Part shown: positions 39,299 to 48,835 of the stretch, in pieces | Position numbering within the stretch: the stretch's first letter is position 1 | Layout: each line of letters begins with the position of its first letter | NCBI GenBank assembly: GCA_965206595.1 | Contig: OZ242214.1 | Coordinates: 4,736,001 to 4,800,000 of the forward strand | DNA length: 64,000 nucleotides | Origin: Candidatus Latescibacterota bacterium | GTDB taxonomy: Bacteria; Latescibacterota; UBA2968; UBA8231 | Reading direction: 5' to 3' | Notes under the pieces: generated by a model | Seen by the model: the letters and a program-made list of their open reading frames with translations, nothing else | Told to the model about the DNA's origin: nothing | Databases searched by the model: none | Position numbers and translations under genes: made by a program

Positions 39299-41158
39299 CC
39301 CTTGTTATTCATGGAATTTTAGTGGAGAGGGCTGTACTGGGTGCCTCCCATGCTTAGATTTCAGAGGGAAACACAAGGCAGTATCGCCCTTTGAACCCAT
39401 CACACAGTAGGACACCCAATGGGTGAATTACCGTCACACACCGAGTCCGAGCAAGCCGGGCCGATTCAGCCGTCTTTCAACCGCTCCATCCACATCGAAG
39501 CCCGCCCCACCCACCTTGGCAGCGACACCGGTGCGCTGATGTTGCGTCAACTGCTCGAACACAGCCGGGTTCTGGATTGGCTCGACGCCCACTTCGAGGA
39601 TCTCCGTACCCAAGACCAGATCACGCACCCGCTGCCGGAGCTGCTGCGCACACAGATCGTGCTGCTGGCACAGGGCTGGACCCACGCCGCCGACGCCGAC
39701 GCGTTGCGCCAAGATCCGATCCTGCGTCTGGCGGTCAGCGATCGCAAAGGGCAGGCGCCGTTGCGCAGCGGCGACGAAGACCGGCCGCAGGGACTGGCCA
39801 GTCAGCCGACGCTGTCGCGCCTGCTCGAGCAAGCCTCGACTGCCTATAACCGCGAGGTGTTGGAGGAAGCCGTCCTGCGCAGCGCCCGGTCTCGTTGCCG
39901 GCTGCTGGAAGGACGGATGAAATACGAGGAGTTGGCCGTCGACATGGATGCCCTGCCGATGCCGGCGCACGGGCACCAGGCGGGGGTCGAATACAACGGC
40001 TACTTCCACGCCTCGGGGTACCATCCCCTGCTCCTCGGCTCGGCGCAGACGGGCGATTTCTTCGGTGCCGTGCTGCGGCCGGGCAACGTGCACGCCCATG
40101 AGGGCGCCTCAGAGGCTCTCGGCAAGCGCTTGGACTGGATTCAGTCGCATCTGGCCCGGCGCCTCATCCTGCGCTTCGACGCGGCCTCGGTGAGCGGGTC
40201 TTTCCTGAGTGAGCTGGAAGCGCGGGCCGACACCTCGTACGTGGCGCGCATCAAGAAGAATGCGCGCCTGGAGGAGCTGGCTCGTGCCTGGGTGGAAGGC
40301 TATCAGCAGGAGCTGGCGCAGCACCCGGAAGAGCTGCGGGAAGAGGGTTTTCGCTGTCGCGAGCTGCGCTATCAAGCCAGGTCCTGGGCGCAGCCCCGGC
40401 GGGTGGTGTTGGTCCTGGTCCCTTCCGAGACGGAAGAGCTGCCCATCGCCCGCCACTTCTTCCTGATCACCGACCAGAGTCCCCAGACGATGAGCGGCCG
40501 CGACCTGGTCGCCTTTTATCGTCAGCGCGGCCTTTTCGAGCGCATGCTCGGCGAGTTGAGCTCCACCCTCCAGCCTCAGCTCTCCTCTACCACCCGTCGC
40601 AAGCAACACTACCGGGGTCGAGAGCCGCGTCAGCGCACCCCGTCCCGGGATGCCTTCGCTGCCAACCAGGCGCTTCTGACCTTGAACCTGCTGGCCTACA
40701 ACCTGCTTCACCTGGGCCGCCAGGCCGCCGAACGCGCCGAGGCCCGACGCGGGCGGCCCCGCACATACGGACGCTCGACGACGGCCCTGAGCCTGGACAG
40801 TTTTCGACGGCGCTACCTGCGCCTGCCGTCCCGCGTCACCTTGCATGGGCGCAGGGTGGGCGTCATCCTGACCCAAGGGACGGCGGCTGCCTGGGATCGT
40901 CTGTGGAGATTTCTGGCCACGCTCAAACCGGTGGACGCGGCGATGGCGTAAGCGCAGGCCGGGTCGGTCGGGATGATGGGCTCGCAAAGGCAAGCGTCTT
41001 CGAGAAGGCGTGTACAATTTCAACAAGGTCGGTAGAGATAAGGAGACGGCTCTACCCAAAAAGCCGACTATAGAAGGGACGCAAGCCTCTGAGGCTAAGC
41101 AAAGGGGTCTCGGAAGCGCCTATGTCCGCTTATGCGCGGGTTGAATGAATAACAAAGG
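39299..41158 (+). mobile_element. IS1380-family element, copy 2
   Basis: IRs CCCTTGTTATTCAT / ATGAATAACAAAGG; flanks CTTAA and ATGAC do not match. Confidence 0.93.
39419..40951 (+). CDS. IS1380 transposase, intact
   Basis: LASQPTLSR, VDMD, YNGYF..YHPL, LRPGNVH, LRFDA and FYRQRGLFE. Confidence 0.95.
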   Translation: MGELPSHTESEQAGPIQPSFNRSIHIEARPTHLGSDTGALMLRQLLEHSRVLDWLDAHFEDLRTQDQITHPLPELLRTQIVLLAQGWTHAADADALRQDPILRLAVSDRKGQAPLRSGDEDRPQGLASQPTLSRLLEQASTAYNREVLEEAVLRSARSRCRLLEGRMKYEELAVDMDALPMPAHGHQAGVEYNGYFHASGYHPLLLGSAQTGDFFGAVLRPGNVHAHEGASEALGKRLDWIQSHLARRLILRFDAASVSGSFLSELEARADTSYVARIKKNARLEELARAWVEGYQQELAQHPEELREEGFRCRELRYQARSWAQPRRVVLVLVPSETEELPIARHFFLITDQSPQTMSGRDLVAFYRQRGLFERMLGELSSTLQPQLSSTTRRKQHYRGREPRQRTPSRDAFAANQALLTLNLLAYNLLHLGRQAAERAEARRGRPRTYGRSTTALSLDSFRRRYLRLPSRVTLHGRRVGVILTQGTAAAWDRLWRFLATLKPVDAAMA

Positions 41159-41169
41159 ATGACAGAGCC

Positions 41170-42105
41170 ATGTCTGAAGAGAACCCCCACCGCATCGTAA
41201 TAATCGGATCGGGGCCGGCGGGATTCACCGCGGCCCTGTACGCCGCCAGGGCGGACCTCGCCCCTCTCGTATTGGAGGGAGCCCAGCCCGGCGGACAGCT
41301 GACGATCACCACCGACGTCGAGAACTATCCCGGCTTTCCCGAAGGCATCATGGGGCCGGAGATGATGGACAAGTTCCGGGCCCAAGCGGCGCGCTTCGGG
41401 GCGCAGTGCCTCTTCAAGACCGCCACCGCGGTCGATTTCTCCGGGACCCCGTTCCGCGTCGACGCCGAGGGCACCGTCTTTACCGCCGACGCCGTCATCG
41501 TCGCCACCGGCGCTTCCGCGCGGCTCCTCGAAATCGAATCGGAAACCCGGCTGATGGGCCACGGGGTATCCGCCTGCGCCACCTGCGACGGCTTCTTCTT
41601 CCGCGGCAAGGAGCTGATCGTCGTCGGGGGAGGCGATTCGGCCATGGAAGAGGCGACGTTCCTGACCAAGTTCGCCACCAGGGTCGACATCGTGCACCGG
41701 CGCTCCGAGTTCCGCGCCTCGCGGATCATGCTCCAGCGGGCAATGGACAACCCGAAGATCGACTTCATCACCCCCGCGGTGGTCGAGGAGATTCTGTCGC
41801 CGAGCGGCGAGCTCGCCGTGAACGGGGTGCGCCTCAAGAACCCGGATACCGGGAAGACCTGGGAGCGGGAATGCGGGGGGGTGTTCATGGCGATCGGCCA
41901 CGTCCCGAACACGCAGCTGTTCGAAGGCCTGCTCGACATGGACGAGAACGGCTACGTCATCACCGCGCCGGACTCGACGGCGACCAACATCCCCGGGGTT
42001 TTCGTCTGCGGCGACGCCCAGGACCACGTGTACCGCCAGGCCGTGACCGCGGCCGGCACCGGCTGTATGGCGGCGATCGAGGCGGAACGGTTCCTGTCAC
42101 ACTGA
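41170..42105 (+). CDS. trxB: Thioredoxin reductase
   Basis: [43 protein letters not shown] and [12 protein letters not shown]. Confidence 0.97.
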   Translation: MSEENPHRIVIIGSGPAGFTAALYAARADLAPLVLEGAQPGGQLTITTDVENYPGFPEGIMGPEMMDKFRAQAARFGAQCLFKTATAVDFSGTPFRVDAEGTVFTADAVIVATGASARLLEIESETRLMGHGVSACATCDGFFFRGKELIVVGGGDSAMEEATFLTKFATRVDIVHRRSEFRASRIMLQRAMDNPKIDFITPAVVEEILSPSGELAVNGVRLKNPDTGKTWERECGGVFMAIGHVPNTQLFEGLLDMDENGYVITAPDSTATNIPGVFVCGDAQDHVYRQAVTAAGTGCMAAIEAERFLSH

Positions 42106-42316
42106 AGCGGCCTGCGCGCCGCGATGCTGTCCGTCCACTCAGAAGGCCCTTCGGCCGTAATGGTGATTGCCGCATGTGGCGCGGAAATCCAGTTTGCAGA
42201 ATCACAGCGGGTGGGAAAGTCGCCTGCAGGTTTGGCGGCGGGACCTTGGAGGGAACGGTCCGGGCGGCCAGGCAGCCGGAAACCCACCAGACAAGGCAGG
42301 CCCCTGCCCCTGGATG

Positions 42317-43765
42317 TTACGGCCGGGACAGGTTCTCGAAAGCCTCGAGGCCCCTGCGGAACAGCTCCTTCACCTCGTTGCGTTGGCGGTCGTTGTTGTA
42401 GCGGCCGACCGTGTCGATCCAGGATAGCGACTGGTGTATGCCGTCGGCGAAGAACTCGGCGGCAGACTCGCGCTCGAGTTGAAAGCGCCCGCACTCTATG
42501 TAGGTGGGGCTGGTGTGGGCGTAGATCGACTGGTCGAAGCTGTCGCGCGAGTTCCCCCAGAGCCGGGCGGCGACCCAACCGTCCGCCTTTACCGCGGCTT
42601 CACCTCTCAGCGAGCCCTCGCGGGCGCCGCCGGCTAACTCGCACCGCTCCACGACGCGGCCGTTGACCACGATCTCCACTGAGTCGACCGGGTAACAGCT
42701 GCGGAAGGGAACCTCGACCTCGACGCGGCCTCCCTGGGCGCAGGCAACGGTGGAACCGATCGGCTCGCCGTTGACCTTCATGTCGATGGCCGGCCCGTTG
42801 GTGATGTAGGTGCGCCCCGCCTTCATGCCGTCGATCCAGGCGGCGTAGGAGAACGTCTCCGCGGTCTGCACGTAGACGCGGTTGTTCGAGCAGACGAACC
42901 AGTCCGTCCCGGTGGAGGCCGGCAGGCGGATGCCGCAGTTGAGCAGCTTGTACCACAGGTCGTACTCCGGGTCCATCCAGAACGGGTCGAAGAGATTGAA
43001 GGCGTCGAGCTTGCCCAGGGCCGCGGCGACCGGCGCCTCCATGCCGCGGCCGTTGTGGCACCAGATCACCAAGCCCCCCTGCCCGCGGGCGTCGTCGCAG
43101 CAGAAGATGAGCGGAGGATAGTCGGGGTCGAACTGCGCCGTCAGGGTGTGGCCGCGGCTCACCGGCTGCACGAGGTTGCGGATGTTGAGGAACATCACGT
43201 GTCCGTAGCCCATGCCCCAGGGGGACTTTTCGCCGTAGTGGCGGTTCTCCTCGCCGATGTCGAGGACGTGATGGGCGGTGGTGAACTCATTCATCACCCC
43301 GATCGGGTACTTGTTGCTCGCATACGGCAGCTGGCGGCGGTCGAGGATGCTGACCACCGTGACGTTGTACCCTTCGATGCTGCAGTCGACGGCGAGGCGG
43401 TCGTCGGGGCGCGTCTCCTTCTCGTCGTAGTGGATGTGGGTGTTGCCGGGGTACCAGTTGTCCTCCTGCGGGTGATGCCAGCGGCGCAGGGGGACCTCGA
43501 CCTCGACGACTCCCTTCTCCGGGGCCTCGACCACAACACGGGCAGGCTCGTACTCGGTGCCCCGCTCGACGAGCACGTCGGTGCGGCCTCGGGGGACCTC
43601 GATTTCGAAGGCGCCGGCGGCGAAGAAGAACGGCGTCCCGGGACCCCGCTTCAGGAGGGCGTCCGCGGGATGCCGGAACTTCCCGTTCGAGCTCAGGACG
43701 TGGACCTTGGCATCGATCGCCTCGCCCGTGGCTGCGTCTACCGTTCTCCCATGCAGGGTCGCCAT
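42317..43765 (-). CDS. CehA/McbA-family (PHP-like) metallohydrolase
   Basis: VERGTEY, GNTHIH, GEENRH, WYKLLNCGIRLPASTGTD, GRTYITNGP and YAHTSP. Confidence 0.8.
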   Translation of the reverse strand: MATLHGRTVDAATGEAIDAKVHVLSSNGKFRHPADALLKRGPGTPFFFAAGAFEIEVPRGRTDVLVERGTEYEPARVVVEAPEKGVVEVEVPLRRWHHPQEDNWYPGNTHIHYDEKETRPDDRLAVDCSIEGYNVTVVSILDRRQLPYASNKYPIGVMNEFTTAHHVLDIGEENRHYGEKSPWGMGYGHVMFLNIRNLVQPVSRGHTLTAQFDPDYPPLIFCCDDARGQGGLVIWCHNGRGMEAPVAAALGKLDAFNLFDPFWMDPEYDLWYKLLNCGIRLPASTGTDWFVCSNNRVYVQTAETFSYAAWIDGMKAGRTYITNGPAIDMKVNGEPIGSTVACAQGGRVEVEVPFRSCYPVDSVEIVVNGRVVERCELAGGAREGSLRGEAAVKADGWVAARLWGNSRDSFDQSIYAHTSPTYIECGRFQLERESAAEFFADGIHQSLSWIDTVGRYNNDRQRNEVKELFRRGLEAFENLSRP

Positions 43766-43787
43766 TGCGGTACCCTTTCCGCTCAGT

Positions 43788-44843
43788 TCAGTTCAGGTGG
43801 TAGGTTTCGTAGGGGCTTTTACACGGGTTGCCGCGGCTGACCTTCATCCGGCCAGCGCCGACGTCGATGATCACCGAGAAGACGGAGGTCCAGAAGCCGT
43901 TGTCGGGGTGGTCGTTGGCATGACGGCAGATCGAGTGCGGGTGACCGTCGTGATCGCTGAGGATCTCCCGGAGAGAGGCCTCGGTCAGGGGGCTCGGTGC
44001 CCGGCGCAACAGCTCGTCGACTCGGCACTTGCGCGGCCCCGACTGAATCAGCTCCGGGAAGTCGTTGTTGACCGGCGCCAGGTCGGGGTGAACGCAGTGG
44101 TTGGTATGGGTGACGATGCCGCTGCCGTCGTCGCGGATGACGTGGACGTCGCCGACGGTGATTTCGAAATCGGCCAGCCCGTCCGGCGCCGCCAGGATCA
44201 CGTTCGCGGGAATGGCCCGCTGCGCCCGGCGCACCGCCTCCAGCGCCGCGTCGAGGGTTCCCGTCCGGTACATCCCGCGAACCGTGAAGTAGTGGGGAAC
44301 CCCGAGCGGACGGCTGGGGGCCGGCAGGGTGTTCATGCAGATGCCGACCCCGGCTTCGCTCACCCCGATGTAGGCGACCAGCCCGGCCTGGGTGATGCTC
44401 ATGAAGGCCGGCTCCCCTTCGGGCCTGCGGGTCAGCACGATGGTGAACGGATCCAGCGCCGGGTCGTTGTCCCAGTTCTGGCCGACGAAGGCGCCGATCG
44501 CGGCCGGCCGCGAGAGGGCGAACGAGGTGCAGCCGCCGCCGTCGGGACACAGCTGATTGCGGATCTGCAGCAGCATCAGGCGCTCGGCCGGCACCCCGGA
44601 AGAGGCGGCCATGCCGTTGAGCTCCTCGAGCATTTCCGGAGCGTACCCGGCGACGCGCTCGATACTGTCGGCGGCGACGGCGAGAGCACGTTCCTCGGAG
44701 ACCGCCATGGTCAGGTTGACGCGCTCCAGCGCCACGGCGTCGAAGCCGCGGATCTCCTCGCGCGCCCCCTCTCCGAGCTGCTCCCCCATCTGCCGCGGGG
44801 AGCCGTCTACTTCGATCTCCCGGTAGCGGGTCGATGCACTCAT
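43788..44843 (-). CDS. C45-family peptidase/acyltransferase (Ntn hydrolase)
   Basis: GG/CTSFA autocleavage site, GQNWD, HTNH and SICRH. Confidence 0.9.
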   Translation of the reverse strand: MSASTRYREIEVDGSPRQMGEQLGEGAREEIRGFDAVALERVNLTMAVSEERALAVAADSIERVAGYAPEMLEELNGMAASSGVPAERLMLLQIRNQLCPDGGGCTSFALSRPAAIGAFVGQNWDNDPALDPFTIVLTRRPEGEPAFMSITQAGLVAYIGVSEAGVGICMNTLPAPSRPLGVPHYFTVRGMYRTGTLDAALEAVRRAQRAIPANVILAAPDGLADFEITVGDVHVIRDDGSGIVTHTNHCVHPDLAPVNNDFPELIQSGPRKCRVDELLRRAPSPLTEASLREILSDHDGHPHSICRHANDHPDNGFWTSVFSVIIDVGAGRMKVSRGNPCKSPYETYHLN

Positions 44844-44848
44844 GGTTT

Positions 44849-45818
44849 CTACTCCCTCACGGCAAGCACGACCTTGCCGATGTTGCTGTTTGCGGCGAGC
44901 CTGCGGTGCGCCTCCCCGGCCTCGGTGACCGGCAGGACGCTGTCGATCACCGCTTCGATGCGGCCGTCCTCGAGCCTTGCCCACAGGCGCTCTTCGAGCT
45001 TCTCCTTGATCGCCGCCTTCTCGGCGACCGCACGGCTGCGCAGCAGCGAGCCGGCGATGCGCAGCCGCTTGCGCAGGAGGGCCCCGACGTCGAGGGGTCC
45101 CTCGGTGCCCCCGAGAACGGAGATGACCACCAGCCTGCCCTTGTGCTTGAGAACCTCGACGTTCCCGGGCAGCGAGCTGGCGCCGGCGATGTCGAGGATG
45201 ACGTCGACGCCGTCGCAGTGGGCGAGGACCGCGGCGGCGAAATTCTCTTCCTTGTAGTTGACGGCCAGCTCCGCCCCCAGGCGCCGGCAGCACTCCAGCT
45301 TGCGTTCGCTGCCGGCGGTCGCCAGGACGCGGCAGCCGGACTGCTTCGCCAGCTGAATCGCCGCCGTCCCTACGCCGCTGGCGCCCCCGTGGACGAGGGC
45401 GGTTTCCCCGGGCTGAAGGCCGGCTTCGAGAAACAGGTTGACGAACGCCGTGTAGAAGACCTCGGGAACGGCGGCACCGTAAGTGAAGTCCCAGTTGTCG
45501 GGCATGCGGTGCAGGAGGCTCAGCGGCACCGCCACCCGCTCGGCGTAGCCGCCGCCGCTGAGCAGGGCGCAGACCCGGTCCCCGGGCCGCCATTCGCCCC
45601 TACCCCCGACTTCCGACACAACCCCTGCCATCTCCAGGCCGAGGTACTCGGGCGCCCCGAATGGCGGCGGGTACTTCCCCGACCTCTGCAGCAGGTCGGC
45701 GCGGTTGACCGCGGTGGCGTGGATGTCGACGAGGACCTCGTCCGGGCCAGGTTGCGGGTCGGGCACGGTCTCCCCACGACAGGTCGCGGCTGCGGGGATC
45801 GACGACGATGGCTTTCAC
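44849..45818 (-). CDS. NAD(P)H-quinone oxidoreductase (PIG3/Qor family), apparent frameshift near 45773
   Basis: MKAIVV start in one frame and NRADLLQR, GLEMAG, GGGYAE, HGGASGVG, IGKVVL in another; removing one G from TGGGGAG joins them. Confidence 0.88.
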
Positions 45819-45860
45819 GGCGCAGGCATGCTCCGTTGATCGGGACCAGTGCGGCTCGGG

Positions 45861-45900
45861 GTCAATACGTCAATACGTCAATACGTCAATACGTCAATAC
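45861..45900. repeat. Perfect tandem repeat (GTCAATAC)x5
   Basis: Exactly five 8-bp units between the divergent qor and zapA genes. Confidence 0.97.
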
Positions 45901-46046
45901 GGTGATCGATTCGGCGGGGTGTTGCAAGGACCGCCCCGGGACTGGATTCCCGCCGCCGCGGGGCTTGCTGTTTGCGCTGCAGCGACCTAGATTGGAACGC
46001 CTTGTGCCGGCAGGCGTTACGGAAAACCAGGAACGGATACGGTGCC

Positions 46047-46433
46047 ATGGGGGAACAAGAGAAGCAGTTCGAGGGGGTCGTCGTCGAGATTTTCGGCCAG
46101 AGCTACCGGATCGGTGGAGAGCCCGAGGAGATTCAACCGGCCGCGGAGCACATCGACAGCAAGATGCGTGAGATCTCTGAAGGCCACGGGGGCCGCCTGT
46201 CGACCTTGCAGGTCGCCATCCTCTCCGCCATGGAAGTAGCCGCAGAGTTCCTCCGCCTCGATAGAGAGCGCCAGGAGTTCGCCGACAAGGCCAACGAGAG
46301 CCTGGATCGCCTGACGCAACGGGTCGAAGAACGCGCCGACATTCCCGCCAGCGGAAGCGCCGACCAGGATCTTCCGGCCGAACGGCGGATTCGCGACATC
46401 CTCGGCGTGCAGGACTCCTCCTCCGCCTCGTAG
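46047..46433 (+). CDS. zapA: Cell division protein ZapA
   Basis: VVVEIFGQSYRI..AEHIDSKMREI..QVAILSAMEVAAE followed by a coiled coil. Confidence 0.88.
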   Translation: MGEQEKQFEGVVVEIFGQSYRIGGEPEEIQPAAEHIDSKMREISEGHGGRLSTLQVAILSAMEVAAEFLRLDRERQEFADKANESLDRLTQRVEERADIPASGSADQDLPAERRIRDILGVQDSSSAS

Positions 46434-46453
46434 CCGCAGCCGCGGCTGCGGCT
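46432..46453. terminator. Perfect 22-bp palindrome between convergent genes
   Basis: AGCCGCAGCCG/CGGCTGCGGCT; no T-tract. Confidence 0.5.
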
Positions 46454-46467
46454 CGCCGCCCCCTTCC

Positions 46468-47856
46468 CTACGCTGCCCCGCCGGGGGACTCCCCGGCCTC
46501 GTCCAGCAGCGACTCTGCCTCATCGCACAGCTGTTTCGCCTCGGCCGGGGTCTCCGCTTCGGCTATGATGCGCACGACCGGCTCGGTATTCGATGTCCGC
46601 AGGTGAATCCACGGACAGGAGAGTTCCCCGTCCATGTACAGCTTGACGCCGTCCGGCACAGGGTGGGCCCATGCCCCGGGGTGGCGGCCTCTCAAATCGG
46701 CGACGGCCCCCTGCAGCTGCCCGGAGCTGCAGGTGAGCTTGCGCTTCTCGATGGAGTACTTCGGCAGGGAGGCGACCAAGTCCGGAAGCGATGCACCGCT
46801 GACCGCCAGCGCCTCGAGCACGACGGCGACGGCGGCAGCGGCGTCCCGGCCGGGCCCGACCTCGGTCAGGATAACCCCGCCGTTTCCCTCGCCCCCAATC
46901 ACAGCCTGCTCCTCGAGCATCTTCTCGACGACGTGCACCTCGCCGACCGCGGTCAGGGTCACCGGGCAGTCGTTCCGCCCGGCCGCGTCGCTGACGATCT
47001 GCGAGGTCGAAAGGGTGGTGACCACCGGACCGGGGCGCCGGGCGGTGACCGCGGCGACCGCCAGCGCCAGAGTGTAATCCTCCCCCAGGGGGACGCCGTC
47101 TGGGCCCACCAAGGCGACGCGGTCGGCGTCCGGGTCGACGGCGAGACCGAGGTCTGCCCCTTTTTGGCGGACCGTCTCTCCGAGCTGCTCGAGGTTGGCG
47201 GGAAGGGGCTCCGGTTCATGGGCGAAGTTCCCGTCAGGGGTGGCGTTCACGAAATGCGCCTCGACCCCGAGCCGCGACAGCAACCCCGGCAGCTCCAGGC
47301 ATCCGGCGCCGTTGCAGGGATCGACCGCAACCCGCAAGGGGGCCTCCTGAATGGAAGCGGCGTCTATCTGTTCCAGAACACGGTTTACGTGCAGCTCGCT
47401 GACGGCGGCGGAATCGAGTGAGGTTTCCGACCCCCCGGGGAGCTGGCGCGATTCCCCGGCGCGGTAGCGGTCCTCGACCCCGGCGGCCTGGCCGGCGTTC
47501 AGGAAGATGCCGTCGGAACGGGCCAGCTTGAGGCCGTTCCAGGGAACCGGGTTGTGGCTCGCAGTGACCACGATCCCCCCGGACGCGGCCAGTTCGGTCA
47601 CCATCAGCTTCGCCGCCGGCGTCGAGCAGACGCCGCAATCGACGACCCGGCAGCCAGCCGCGCGCAGGGCCGCGGCCGCGGCCGCGGCGAAGCCGGCGCC
47701 CGAGGGGCGGGTGTCGCGCGCCAGGACGACGGCGGCACCCGGCTCGAGCGAGATGGCGAAGGCCGCGGCATAGCGGCGCACCACCTCCTCGGTGAAAGAC
47801 TCCCCGGCGATGCCGCGGATGCCGGAGATGCCGGAAATCAGGGGCGCCCCGGTCAC
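46468..47856 (-). CDS. Phosphohexomutase (phosphoglucosamine/phosphomannomutase family)
   Basis: ISGIRG, VTASHNP, DPDADR, GGEGNGG and RTSNTEP; GTGA overlap with the upstream gene. Confidence 0.92.
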   Translation of the reverse strand: MTGAPLISGISGIRGIAGESFTEEVVRRYAAAFAISLEPGAAVVLARDTRPSGAGFAAAAAAALRAAGCRVVDCGVCSTPAAKLMVTELAASGGIVVTASHNPVPWNGLKLARSDGIFLNAGQAAGVEDRYRAGESRQLPGGSETSLDSAAVSELHVNRVLEQIDAASIQEAPLRVAVDPCNGAGCLELPGLLSRLGVEAHFVNATPDGNFAHEPEPLPANLEQLGETVRQKGADLGLAVDPDADRVALVGPDGVPLGEDYTLALAVAAVTARRPGPVVTTLSTSQIVSDAAGRNDCPVTLTAVGEVHVVEKMLEEQAVIGGEGNGGVILTEVGPGRDAAAAVAVVLEALAVSGASLPDLVASLPKYSIEKRKLTCSSGQLQGAVADLRGRHPGAWAHPVPDGVKLYMDGELSCPWIHLRTSNTEPVVRIIAEAETPAEAKQLCDEAESLLDEAGESPGGAA

Positions 47857-48653
47857 GGTCTCTCCCGTTCGACGACGACGGAAGCCCGCCGCTGCAGCTG
47901 CAGAACCTTCGACCCGTTCCCCCCATTTACCGCCAGCTCCAGCAGACCGCAGCTGCCGACCACGGCCACTGGCGCTCCTCTCTCGACGTCCGCATAGGTT
48001 GCGGCAACGGGGACCTGCCGGGACCCGGCCAGAGCCTTCAGGCCGCGGCGGCTCCCCGCGGTTTCTGCGAGCCGGTCGAGATCCTCGCCGGCTATGTTCG
48101 TGATAGCATTGCCGAAGTGGTCGACATGGATCACCTGCCCGGCGACGCAGCCGCTGTCGACGGCGGGCTGCGTCTCCGACAGGATTTCGGCGCCGGATAT
48201 CCGCGGGCCGACGCCCGCAAAGGGAAACCCCGCGGCCAGGCGCGCGGCACAGGGGGCGAACAGGTCGCGGCCGTGGAAGGTCGCGCTCAACCTCCGGCCG
48301 CGCAGGGCCGCGGCTGTTATTTCGCGGGTCACGGCTTCCGGATCCTCGAGGGGGAAGCTGAGCAGCCCGTTGTCGGGGCCCACCCACAGGGATCCTCTGC
48401 TGCTCACCGCGATCGCGCGACGGCTCGAGCCCACCCCCGGGTCGGCGACCGCGAGATGGATCGACCCCGGCGGAAACTCGGCCGCGGCGTTGCGCAGCAC
48501 GAAAGCGCCGGCGAGCACGTCGCCGGGCGGGATGGCGTGGCTGATGTCGACGATGGTGAGCCCCGGATGGATGGACAACAGCACCCCCTTGACGGCGCCG
48601 ACGTAGTAGTCGCGCTCGCCGAAGTCGGTGGTGAGTGTGATCACGGGTGTCAA
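47853..48653 (-). CDS. SAM hydroxide adenosyltransferase (DUF62, chlorinase/fluorinase-like)
   Basis: ITLTTDFG, DPGVGS, GPDNG, SATFHGRDLFAP and DHFGN. Confidence 0.93.
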   Translation of the reverse strand: MTPVITLTTDFGERDYYVGAVKGVLLSIHPGLTIVDISHAIPPGDVLAGAFVLRNAAAEFPPGSIHLAVADPGVGSSRRAIAVSSRGSLWVGPDNGLLSFPLEDPEAVTREITAAALRGRRLSATFHGRDLFAPCAARLAAGFPFAGVGPRISGAEILSETQPAVDSGCVAGQVIHVDHFGNAITNIAGEDLDRLAETAGSRRGLKALAGSRQVPVAATYADVERGAPVAVVGSCGLLELAVNGGNGSKVLQLQRRASVVVERERP

Positions 48654-48797
48654 AATCGCAGGGCAGGGTGAGGCGATTCCGCGGGCGGGGGTGCGCCATT
48701 TTTTCCCGTTCCCGGAAACGCGGGGAATGTACGTCCGCCTTCCTCAGGCATCCACATAACTCCAGCTTTGCGAGGGGGTTCGTGCGATTCTCGGAAA

Positions 48798-48826
48798 TTG
48801 ACACTCCCCGGACCGCCCTGTACCAT
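48798..48826 (+). promoter_or_regulatory. Sigma70-type promoter, very short or absent leader
   Basis: TTGACA-17bp-TACCAT; ATG begins 10 bp after the -10 element. Confidence 0.7.
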
Positions 48827-48835
48827 ACTCGATGG

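Noticed and set aside
42105-42317. Riboswitch after trxB
   Set aside because: It lies between convergent genes, has only a weak hairpin and shows no recognisable aptamer consensus.
45766-45780. Programmed frameshift or true pseudogene in qor
   Set aside because: A single extra G in a homopolymer within an otherwise intact gene; sequencing error is at least as likely.
45861-45900. CRISPR array (also considered for 17945-18064 and 20002-20036)
   Set aside because: No repeat-spacer structure and no cas genes.
46433-46468. 6S RNA downstream of zapA
   Set aside because: Only about 34 bp lie before the convergent gene, so there is no room.
47853-48653. True fluorinase or chlorinase in a halometabolite cluster
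   Set aside because: It carries the widespread DUF62 TFHGRD motif and has housekeeping neighbours.
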